64,000 nt of DNA, from positions 11,470,001 through 11,534,000 of the forward strand of contig NC_047019.1 in the NCBI RefSeq assembly GCF_902652985.1, in the 5' to 3' direction. Both the position numbers and the translations under genes were made by a program. This document shows, piece by piece, positions 40,051 to 51,660 of the stretch; within the stretch, counting starts at the first letter, position 1, and the number at the start of each line of letters is the position of its first letter. Under the pieces are notes generated by a model. The model was not told the origin of the DNA. It saw only the letters and a list, made by a program, of their open reading frames with translations, and ran no database searches. The stretch comes from Pecten maximus. Lineage: Eukaryota.

Positions 40051-41597
40051 TTGGCTCAATATGTTTTATATTCAGTTTGTTTGACTGCTGAATTGTTGAG
40101 TTTAGCCTGTTTGGCTGATGAATTGTTGTGTACAGCCTGTTTGACTGTTGAATTGTTGTATTCAGCCTGTTTGACTACTGAATTGTTGTGTTCAGTCTGT
40201 TTGACTGTTGAATTGTTGTGTTCAGTCTATTTGATTGCTGAATTGTTGTGTTCAGTTTGTTTGACTGTTGAATTGTTGTGTTTAGCCTGTTCGACTGATG
40301 AATTGTTGTGTACAGCCTGTTTGGCTGTTGAATTGTTGTATTCAGCCTGTTTGACTGCTGAATTGTTGTGTTCAGTCTGTTTGGCTGTTAAATTGTTGTG
40401 TTTAGCCTGTTTGATTGCTGAATTGTTGTGTTCAGTCTGTTTGACTGTTGAATTGTTGTGTTCAGTCTGTTTGACTGTTGAATTGTTGTGTTCAGTCCGC
40501 TTGACTGTTGAATTGTCGTGTTCAGTCTGTTTGACTGTTGAATTGTTGTGTTCAGTCTGTTTGACTGTTGAATTGTTGTGTTCAGTCCGCTTGACTGTTG
40601 AATTGTCGTGTTCAGTTTGTTCTGTTGAATTGTTGTGTTCAGTTTGTTCTGTTGAATTGTTGTGTTCAGTCTATTTGATTGCTGAATTGTTGTGTTCAGT
40701 TTGTTTGACTGTTGAATTGTTGTGTTCAGTCTGTTTGACTGCTGAATTGTTGTGTTCAGTCCGCTTGACTATTGAATTGTCGTGTTCAGTTTGTTCTGTT
40801 GAATTGTTGTGTTCAGTTTGTTCTGTTGAATTGTTGTGTTCAGTCTATTTGATTGCTGAATTGTTGTGTTCAGTTTGTTTGACTGTTGAAGTGTTGTGTT
40901 CAGTCTGTTTGACTGCTGAATTGTTGTGTTCAGTCTGTTTGACTGTTGAATTTTTGTGTTTAGCCTGTTTGACTGCTGAATTGTTGTGTTCAGTCTGTTT
41001 GGCTGTTACATTGTTGTGTTTAGCCTGTTTGATTGCTGAATTGTTGTGTTCAGTCTGTTTGACTGTTGAATTGTTGTGTTCAGTCTGTTTGACTGCTGAA
41101 TTGTTGTGTTTAGCCTGCTTGACTGTTGAATTGTTGTGTTCAGTCTATTTGATTGCTGAATTGTTGTGTTCAGTCTATTTGATTGCTGAATTGTTGTGTT
41201 CAGTCTGTTTGACTGTTGAATTGTTGTGTTCAGTTTGTTTGACTGTTGAATTGTTGTGTTCAGTTTGTTCTGTTGAATTGTTGTGTTCAGTCTATTTGAC
41301 TGCTGAATTGTTGTGTTCAGTCTGTTTGACTACTGAATTGTTGTGGTCAGCCTGTTTTACTGCAGAATTGTTGTGTTCAGTCTGTTTGGCTGTTGAATTG
41401 TTGTGTTTAGTTTGTTTGACTGCTGAATTTTTGTGTTTAGCCTGATTGACTGCTGAATTGTTGTGTTCAGTCTGTTTGGCTGGTGAATTGTTGTGTTTAG
41501 CCTGTTTGACTGTTGAATTGTTGTGTTCAGTTTGCGTGGCTGCTGATCTGTTGTGTTCAGTTGTTTGACTTCTGAACTGTTGTGTTCAGTCTGTTTG
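40051..41597. repeat. 30-bp tandem array (TTGACTGTTGAATTGTTGTGTTCAGTCTGT), about 52 copies with 24-bp variants
   Basis: Direct periodicity. It explains the 464-aa LTVELLCSVC ORF. Confidence 0.97.
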
Positions 41598-42659
41598 TCC
41601 TATCCGATATGTAACACAATATAAAGAATACTGGCATGGAAATAAAACCTTTATTATAACGCCATAAGCCAAAAACCAAAACACCGTTTCATTGAAATAG
41701 CATGACCGTGGTAGGCGTATCTCCTGATTCTTTATGCAGACACTGGAATGGGCTTGTGGTGCTACTTTGTGTATTGCAATCGATACCTAGCGTTACAGGG
41801 AACATTAAGTGCAATTAAAATGACGTTGGTGTACAACGCGGCCTGCTGACATATATCATATTCTCCCTCTAAAAAAAAACCCCCCACTTAACTAACAAGC
41901 CAAGCATAAGGCAGTGTCGAGGAAAACTTTTAGAAGAAGAAAGGTATTTAGACAGAACATATCCAAAAACATCATGAAATATGGGCAACAGGTGCAAATT
42001 TAAGTCTTAATTGATGTTACATAATTATTTGAAAATGAATTGTTTGTACAGAGATTGCATTGGACTATCAAATGTGCAGACAGCGATCAAATTTAGAGCA
42101 GATCAAAATTCCAATTGATATCATTACTGAACCTGTAACTTCAGGTTTATGAGTATATGTCAGTAAATAACTGTGGCCCAAAACCCCTGTATCCAAAAAC
42201 AGAATGTTTTCTATTCATGTGATCAAATAACGATTCATAGAATAGCAACCATCCCTACATTGGGTCTGATAGTTCAGAGGACTATAGATTTTGATATTCA
42301 GATCAATTTTTCATAAAAATGAATTTTTTTTTATATAATTCTTAAATTTATCTTTATTTGTTTTAATTGTGTAAACACAAGGTAAGTGATGGAGATTAAG
42401 GTAATTTAAACAAAACAAATACTAACATCAATTATTTTGACTGACAAGTAGTGCTGAAGAAGTAAGCGATGATGGAGTGATGGAGATTCTGCGAGGTGTA
42501 GATGAGTTGGTTAGTTGATGTATCAGGAGAATGACATTTTCTTTATATCTGTTTACGGTAAGACTAATGTATGCATACAGCGACCACACAGGTAAAAATG
42601 TTTAAATTTGCGCTTCAGTATAACTATGTAAACCAAGCACGCTCCGATTCGCGATATTT

Positions 42660-42823
42660 AAGCAATGAACATTGGTGTTAATGTTGTTATAGTCGATATG
42701 GCAGCAAGATGTATGGTGGGCAAATGGCATGGGAACCCGTTAGGGTGTCCATGCTACATTTGCCAACCATACATCTTGCTGCCATATCGATTATAACAAC
42801 ATTAAAACCACTGTTCAATACTT
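42660..42823. repeat. Imperfect palindrome of about 165 bp (foldback element)
   Basis: TTAATGTTGTTATAGTCGATATGGCAGCAAGATGTATGG pairs with CCATACATCTTGCTGCCATATCGATTATAACAACATTAA. Confidence 0.85.
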
Positions 42824-44194
42824 ATATTTACATTGTCTTACCATTTTCGTCAACTTTGAAAAAAAACTAAACCAACACAAAAAAATCCCGCCTTTTTAAT
42901 GTCACATGACCCACTGGATGTTATAGCCTGAGGCACTGGGTGTTATAGGCGTATGATGGCAACTGCCTCTTAGCATTGTATCAATGGGGAAATGCAGAGC
43001 AAATGTAAATATATTCCTATGAACCGAAAGGACAATGAATATACACGTGATATTGACGTAAATAAATTATACAAAACGTGTTTGACTCTCGCTTGGACGA
43101 AAAGTTGATGAAAACGTAATGTAAACAATTCATTTCACAGTAATTGCAAAATAAGAAACATTTATGTATACAAATTTATAATACCACTGGTAATTACGCG
43201 GATAGAAGTGAGCGAGCGATCTTGCTTTGGGAAGGAAAGTGCGATGAATTTTTTACCATTGTTTCATTATTTAGTTTTTGTTTGTCTACCCCCAACTGTC
43301 CTCAATCTCTAAGCACTGTGAACTCCAAAATGTCAAGAATCCTTCGAGGATTATCGATCAAATCGGAGTCAGTGGCACCAAACTGAAACCGACAATTCAT
43401 ATTAACAACGCAGTTGACAACCAATAGTTTACATCTCACTGGACACTTTAGAGGTCAGTATCTAAAGTTGGTTTCTCCAATTTCCAAACTAGGTAGACGA
43501 AAACATGTTTTCTAAGACTTCATTACTAATTCATCAAAAGTATTCAACATTTGTCGGCATTGTGACGTAATATTCACAGATGTGTCATGTATCACTAAGT
43601 GCTACTTAACTGCCTTTTAGCCAAGAAGAATCTAACAGAGGAAATGATTTACGCTAATTCTTAGAATAATAAAACCCATGTACGTTAGCTGTTGTGCACG
43701 GACTGTATTCAAAAGAATACAGGAGAGTGCGAATGAGTGTTTCATGTCGCATCAAAGGGCCACGAATTCAACATTCCAGAGACTCTTGGAAAGGATTGTT
43801 TTCTGTTTGTAACTATATTTCTGCCTACGGTCAGGCGTTTGAATGTGAATATAATCTCGGTTTCGAAAAATTGAGAAGCAGGCCTACTAGAAAACAGAAA
43901 ATATCACAACATTAAATTTCGGGTAACTTTTTATATCCTATAACCTATTAAAACTCGATTTTTAAGGTTTTAGAATGTAAAGGAATGTTAGAAATAAAAT
44001 GAAAGAAATTGATTCTTTTAAGAAAAACCAGAAAGATGCAAACAACTTTTTATCAATCAAAATTCTTTAATTTTTATGTACATATACAAATATACAAATT
44101 ATATAGAGGATGTTGTATGGTTCCCGTTGGCTATAACACATGTTTAACGAGTATGACAGAATAGACTTTTTGTAACGTTACTGCACGCCAAATT

Positions 44195-44860
44195 AACCGC
44201 GCCATTTTGAAAGGACTGATCAACGCAATTTAAGCGTTTCTTGCTGTTATCAGAGAATCTGTACATGAAAAGCTAATGTAAAAGTGAGGATTTGTCAAAA
44301 ATTAGTCAGAATATTTCACAAATACAGCAAAATAGCCCATTCATACATAATCGCCTCGATTGGAAACATCGGTAAGTTTCAATGTATGAGTGTTCGCTCT
44401 GATTGGTCAAAAACTATTTTTTTTTTAATTTTTACTGCTCATCGCTGCAGTGAAAACGTAAGTTTTATCAATTAGATATTTTTTTATTTCACTAGCAAAA
44501 AGAAAATAAAGCTATATATCTAATAGAGTTATGAAAGTTTAAAGTATTGGGAATATATTGTGAAGGTACCGATTCTAACATATGGAATATTTACATCTCT
44601 CCCTTTTTCATCTACGTAAACTCTGAATGCGAATAAATTAGCGTATATGCAGTGTTGAAAGACACAGCAGATTAATAAGCGCGGGAATTGGGAACACATT
44701 TGTGACGTCGTCTATCTGTGACGTTACCGGAACGTCAATTGGACGGCGCCATTTTGAAAGGACTGACCAACGCAATTTTAGCGTTTTTTCCTGTTACCCG
44801 ATGATCTCTGCACAGAAAGCTAACGTCACGTGATTATTCTGACAAAAACTAAACTGAATA
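44195..44860 (+). repeat. Two dispersed direct copies (about 44195-44320 and 44745-44860) of a CGCCATTTTGAAAGGACTGA..CAACGCAATTT repeat
   Basis: Shared diverged sequence of about 110 bp. Confidence 0.65.
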
Positions 44861-45160
44861 TTGCGGAAATGGGAGCATATTTAACTTCTCCACGAGGTGA
44901 GCTAACAACAAATGGCTGAAGCGTACCGTTTCTAGAGAACTTTTGATAATATTAAAAACGTAATAGGTCTTAATTAAACAAACATATTGAGATGTTTCAT
45001 TCAATTTTGTTCATAATAATTGATATCTTTACGTAGATTCACTGGAACTATATTATCTTAGCAACCACGGCTGTCGTAGTTACCAACGCCGCAAAACATC
45101 CAGCATTTTGTTTTCTTCGAACTGTATTTAAACGATTTGTTTGATGTAGATACATGTGTA

Positions 45161-45320
45161 TAAGGATTGTATCTCATTTTGACTGCGTATACGGTAGTAT
45201 GCCCGAAGTTGGCAACGTACATACCCTACGGCTAACGCTAACGCGCCAACCATAGGGTATGTTCGTTGCCAACTGCGGACATACAACCGTATACGCAGTC
45301 AAAATGAGGTACAACCCTAA
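45161..45320. repeat. Imperfect palindrome of about 160 bp (foldback element)
   Basis: CTCATTTTGACTGCGTATACGGT..GTTGGCAACG..ACATACCCTA pairs with TAGGGTATGT..CGTTGCCAAC..ACCGTATACGCAGTCAAAATGAG. Confidence 0.85.
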
Positions 45321-46208
45321 AGTGTCGATCACTCTTAATCAAGACTGATCTTCGAAATTATCGGAAAAACGATAGAATGTTTTAAGATATTGATTTTCTA
45401 GAATTGTTCTCCTTATGAAGTCAATAACTGTAATCTCGGGCGAAGTTTTGCATTATCTGATGTGTAACGTAACCGTTGTCGAATTGCGACACACCCACAC
45501 TATCGCTATTGTTTAAAACCAATCCGAATAAATTTATGCTATTTTCATTTCACTTAAACGAATTCTCGTCATTACATTAAGCTTACGAACACGACAATTC
45601 ACAAATTTGGCATAAATTTGCAATACGGATGCAGAGGACGTTTCTCCTTCTAATGCACTTTGTCCTATTTCCACGTAAGTTTTAAATGTTCCTTTTGTCC
45701 ACCAACATGTGTTGATATTTTCTCCGTTCAATGATGTATGTGTTGTCATTTGTATAACTCCACATAACCTTTCCATTTGCAATCTTTATCTAATATATAA
45801 AACATGATACAATATAATGCATAATTGGCAAGTTTATTAAGGATGAAAAGTACAAAATAGCATTGCATGTAATACCAACAACATCATGTATTTTAAAAAG
45901 TAAAAACAAAGGAAATATTACAAAATACAAGTTTTTTTTCAGACAATGGTGTTATTTACATTTGTACAATTAAACAACAAACAAAACAATTTACATTATA
46001 CATACAAAAACATTAACATATTGCACCAGCCCAACGACGGTGGTTTAATGACACAAAATGAAACTATTGGCGAAAAAATAATTAATAATGTCAGGAATTT
46101 GCATCATTAAAGTCCATATATTTGGTGGTATCGGGGAGTATCACATAGAGCATGTGGATTTACTTTCGGAGTGTTCATAAGTCTCGATAGATAGGCCATA
46201 TATGACCT

Positions 46209-48826
46209 TTACATGTTGCATCCCAGAGGTTTGGCTTTAATAGGAGTTACAGGCAATTCAAAGCGAGTACCAAGACCTGCCAGTAAATCAGCAAAAAGAA
46301 TATCTGCGCTTTCGCAATGGAAGCATTTCCTGCAGCTACAAGTGGTTGGTACCCTTCTGGTTGTAAAAATGTATTCGTCAGCATCGGGACAATAAACCAA
46401 CACGCGCTTCTCCACAAATCCGGATTGAATGCACCTAAACTCTTCACGTGCTCCGTAGTCCATTTGACATTTGTCATGTGTTTTTTCGACACTGGAAAAA
46501 GGAAGTATGCAACATGGTTATTCTATTATATACTTGAGGAAATGTTTGAAAACGGCCGCCCTGAAACACCTTTATCTTTTCGGATTATATTAGGATTTTT
46601 TTTTTTCATATTTTTGTTTAAACTAGAATACCAGTATTTATATATTACTTTATTATGATTTCAAAGCCAATGATAAAAGAAATTACGAAATCAGAATAAA
46701 TTGCGTGAGCTTTTCATCAACGTGCTCATTTAAAAGGAAACCTAATAAATAAAGGACCTAATGCATGTTGATATTTATTCAACGTGACAATAAATGATAA
46801 AGTTTTGTCTACTTTACAATCAAACAATAAAATAAGTATAAAATATCTCAAATTATAAAACAATTATCAATAGTTAAAAACGTAATACTTACGGGTTCAT
46901 ACACCGGGCGTAGTACAACTCTTGTCGCATCCAGTCGGTATCAATAACTATACATTCAAATTGAGAAGATCGGCCTCCAAAGCTGAGATTTTCGAACACA
47001 TTCCAAATAGGGATTTTTTCCATTCTACACAGCTCCTCAAACTTTATACGTCGATGTCTACAAGAAAAGCAATAGAGCGTTTATGTGAAGGATTATGAAG
47101 ATTGGTTCAAAGGACCTATTGACGTGTGATAAAAAGAGACACTTTCGCGAAACCCAGGAACATTGTAATACCAGACATTAGATTAGATATCCTCATGCGA
47201 TGGAAAAAAAGAGTTTGTGACTCCCACTCGGTAAAAGTTTTCATTAACAATATTGATTAAAAACAAAATTTTGAGACGTTTTAGCAAAAACGATCTTGAT
47301 AATTGTATCGAGTAACATAAATAAAATAAGTGATAATGAAATTCGGAAATAGGTACAATGTCCTAACGCGAGATGATAATGAAAAGGAGTAATATTTCTA
47401 AAAGGAGAAAAAAAAAAGGTTTGTTGTGCCCTGAATTCGAAAAAAACAATGGAATGAAAATAATGCCATACCATAGTTAAAAAAATATGTTTTTTTTTTA
47501 TTAAACATTATGTAAGGTTTTGAAATCGTCAACTACGAAGAAGTAAAACTGAACACAAATAACGAACCTTGTTGCCACTTTGGCAATCACCGGCTTAGGC
47601 TTAGGAATGTCCACGACACAGTCCTTCGTGTCATCAATGTAGGTAAATCCATCATATCGTCTTCTGTTGCTGTTCATACCAGTGATAAGTTCCTTGTTGA
47701 TTTCCAAACTGATAAAAAAGCAATGAATATAACATTATCAATTAAGTTGGAGACGACACATAAATAATCTTTATTAAGTGAATAAATAATCAGTTTATTA
47801 TATATTAAATTATCGTATATTTGTTTTTAAATACTTATGTTGTTTGGTAAAAACCTCTGCAGCTTATATATCAAACCTTACGCGCTTTTTTCTTTATCAG
47901 TTTGATTCGTTAATGCATATATGACTATTACGCAATATTTGAATACATGAAGTTTGTATCTGTAGCCGATATGTGACAGGAGACTAGCATTTATTTCCAA
48001 TTAAGAATCTATCATTATTTTATGTCATTATTGACAAAGCATCCACAAAATTACAAGGAAACTTTGCTCTTGATTATCCCGATGATCTAATATTATGAGG
48101 AGATTAATCATTAAAAACACTTCTGAATTTCCTATTCATTGTTGAAATAGAATACGTATCAAATTTCCTTTATAACGTTTTCAGTGATATTTATCAGAAT
48201 ACCACTGCGTTTAAATCTTGTGGACTTTGATGGGAAAAACAAAAGTTTTAACTTATATCATTACTTCTATGGTTTTCAGACTCACACACCTTATTACACC
48301 AATTTAAGTTAGTTAATTAGATAAACTTTTAAAAATCTGTTCATCCAAACATAAATGCTTACGGATTAAATTTGTTGTTTTCGCAAATCCAGTCGCTGAC
48401 AAAGGGTTTGTAGTTGTCACAATTTTTAACCAGTTCCAACCCCGCTGCAGGGGAAAGACTGGCTGCTAGGCCGAGAAGTACGAAGATGGCGAGCTGTAAA
48501 ATAAAACAAAGTTCGCTTTTTATCTTGAAATAAACATCCAACAGCATTTTTAAAAATAAAAAAAAAGATATTATATTTGAACTGGATTATAATGATATTT
48601 TGATTCCGATAATTTTTCATTTTGTATATTACTGATTAAGTATAAACTGCTCATTTTCATTTGAGCGTGAAATTGCCTATCAGCATCGAATAAAACCAGC
48701 AACAAAAACAATTCATTTTGAAAATTAAAGAAATACAAAACAAACGTTACTTAAATGACATATACCTAGACTTTACGCTTTGATATAAACTCTATGGTAA
48801 ATATTTGCTAACAGTGTACCTACCAT
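46209..48826 (-). CDS. Gene B: secreted Spaetzle/neurotrophin-like cystine-knot pre-pro-protein, 240 aa, 5 exons
   Basis: Exons 48826-48824 (ATG only), 48493-48363, 47708-47568, 47057-46893, 46491-46209; all GT-AG, phases 0,2,2,2; 723 nt open to TAA. Signal peptide MLAIFVLLGLAASLSPAAG, furin site RHRR, six knot Cys in LCR..ARC..DKC..RCIQ..VPTTCSC. AATAAA on the minus strand at 45838-33. Confidence 0.9.
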
Positions 48827-48860
48827 ACTACTGCTTACAGTTGCTCTGTGTAAAGATCAC

Positions 48861-49040
48861 ACTGAATGGAAAGTAAAATATCATTCTTTATATACACACA
48901 GTCGTAACGAGGAAATACTCGTCCGGACAACTCGATCTGTTCCATTCTTCATTTCTGACGTCTGCTTACAAACCGCCGTAGGCAAATCCCGTCATAGCTG
49001 CTTATTTAGATTGACAATTGCTATTCATGACGTCAGGGTT
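48861..49040 (-). promoter_or_regulatory. Core and proximal promoter of gene B
   Basis: TATATAAA at 48894-87, Inr TCAGT at 48865-61 (31 bp spacing), perfect CRE TGACGTCA at 49028-35, kB-like GGGATTTGCC at 48990-81 (one mismatch). Confidence 0.7.
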
Positions 49041-51004
49041 CGCTTGACTGCGGTTTATATTAATAGCGGTATTGTTTTAGAGACAGGATGATATTTTTAA
49101 TGAAAAAAAAGATATTTACAAAATAATGTTTTGCGGTTTAGCGGTAATCCTTTAGAATACTGACATGCACATGTATTATATAATACATTATATCTGATAT
49201 GGTGAGGGTTTGCGAGTAAAACAGAGATATGATTCTGGAAATGTGCACAGCATTTGTATTAAAATTGAAGTGGGGTTTTTTTTTACTAATTTTCAGCAAA
49301 TAAACAGATTTTGTATACAAAGTAATTGACTTATGATGAGCTTTATGTATTTGCATACACCTGATATGCCCCATAATCACATATTTTTAACATATAAGTA
49401 TTTATTTTAACATTGTAGTTTCACGTTTGTTTTGTCTGAAACATATAATTATATTCTATTTAAGAGATAATGTAGACTTCCAAAAATGATAGGTATATCA
49501 AATACGTCTAACATACAATAAGCATTCGATAAATGTTACTGTACCATAAATCCTTTTGTAAACTTAGACATGACCACAAGTGGAACAATGACTTGAGAGT
49601 GTATATATTTTGGTGTACCGTCTTTTGTGACATCGGTAGTATATATGGTCTGGCATTCAGAGCTGAGTTGTCCAAAAGCTTTAAGCTTGTTTCTAAATCC
49701 CTCACCAATGTATAATTTGCAATGGATATGTACACTTGTCTTGAATATAAATAAATATTGTTTAAACTAAAGTTTAACATCGATTTTAAAATCTCATAAA
49801 ATCATTTTGGGTAAATCTAACTCTTCCGGTTCCACCTGCCTTTAGTATGGAATACACAGACAAAGGTTTTGAAGTAAAAGTAAAAAGAGACTTTCATTGA
49901 TAAAGTGTTAAAGATAACCACCTATTGAATAATTGGGACCAGAAGATTATACTTATCCTTTCGTACCATAAGTTAAATATAATTAAGGATTTTGTCATGG
50001 TAAAATAAACAGTTTCGATATTTTGTATTTTTCAAACAATGTACACAATATCGAAATAATTTCTTTCTGTCTATCTCGGTAATGTTAGAAAAGAATTGTT
50101 TTGAATATCTTATTTTGTTCTATTGTCCTTTAGTTCCAGAAGGATATTTGATAAAATAATTTCTTAGTTTTCTCTTAAAATCGTAAGTTTTGAATACTTT
50201 ATTTTATGGTTACTGTGACCTAGTGAGATAAACGTTAACTTAGGGGTATGTCAATATACCCCGGCTCTCATTAACTACTCTACGAATAGGGATTCCTCCT
50301 TCTGGATAAATTGGCTGATGTCGAGTCTACAACATGGCAGTATTGTAGTATATTGTAGCTGATGTGTAACCTACGGGTATCCGAAACAACCAGTATTCTG
50401 TGATGAAATCATTTTGTTTCCTTGATGGGGACTGTCTTTAGTTATAGACAGGTGTGTACAGGTGCGACTACAGATGTAAACTAGAATATTCTCTGTTCAT
50501 TTTCCTGAAACTGCATATCATTCTATATCAACTGTATTTTTCATTTCGATAATGCACTCAAAAATAAGGGAAAATTATTTATTCGCGACAGCGAATCTTG
50601 TTTCAGTGACTCCTCATGAATGCTATTAAATACATGTTTTCGTATGTCAATGCTGGTGACAATATTTGTTATGCATGGAAAGCGGCGTTTCCAAAACATT
50701 TCAACTTGTTCACAATAGTATTGAAAATCTTTCCAATTTGACAGCATATTCCAAAGCTTTTAACCTTAAATACCTATCATAAAACATGAAGTGAATGTGT
50801 TTTTAGTGTTTACATGTACAATATTGATGACAAATAGAAAGAATAGCTGATTTTTTTTTATGACACCGTCATTATAGCTTTAGAGCGATGAAACGAGGGC
50901 AAGACGATGAGCAAATGATTGGTTTACAAAAACGGAAAGCATGCGATTAACGAAAATGTGTGTTTAATGAGGCACTGATATAGTCAAATCTTCCTCCTTA
51001 TGAG

Positions 51005-51660
51005 TGTCTTTATAGTGCGGTCTCACTGAATTATATTGAAGGATATCTTACACGCATTATGCTAACAACGGGTGCACTAGCTGCGATAACGTAGCTCTAG
51101 ACGACGGACGGACAATTTCTGACCGTTGGTCGTCGTCAGAGCAGTGCCGGAAAGCAGTGTAGGCAGGGTATGAATATTCGTTCTACGGGTGCACCAGTCG
51201 TCTCACTCCGTAAAATACTGAGTCCTACACAGGCAAAATGTCTTCATGTCTATTTTACTTTAAACAAATTGACATGAAATTGATCTGAAATCAACCTGAA
51301 AATGACCTGAAAATGAGGTCAATTTCACATGAAGAAATTTTTAGATTATTATCATATCATTTTTAGGTCAATTTGACCTGAACAAGTCTTCATATGCAAT
51401 TGAGGTGAAATTTTCATGTCAATTTCATGTCAATTTCAGGTCATTTTCAGGTCAAATTTAGGTCTAGATTTTCAGGACCTGAAAAGAGCAGATTAGTCAA
51501 TTCAAGTCAACAAATTGACCTGAATTTGACCTGTATTGACATAAAGACAGTTTGCCTGTGTAAGCAGAATCAGCAGTTGCCATTTCATTAAACGTGTCTC
51601 GGCCTGGAGACAGAGCCCAAAGCCTTCATCACAGGGGCGGATGCTCTACTACAGACCCAA
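51005..51660 (-). mobile_element. Degenerate Meta-domain SINE interrupted by two insertions
   Basis: Reverse-complement similarity to 26270-26430 (TTTATAGTGC..CTCACTGAA; CAGTCGTCTCACTCC; GTCTCGGCCTGG). Confidence 0.6.
51228..51560. mobile_element. 333-bp MITE with CACAGGCAAA TIRs and a TA TSD
   Basis: TA|CACAGGCAAAATGTCTTCATGTC ... GACATAAAGACAGTTTGCCTGTG|TA, with internal inverted TGACCTGAA subrepeats. Confidence 0.85.

Noticed and set aside
40051-41445. 464-aa Cys/Leu-rich ORF resembling a zinc-finger or metallothionein protein
   Set aside because: 30-bp tandem repeat with no ATG (TTG start) and no splice or promoter support.
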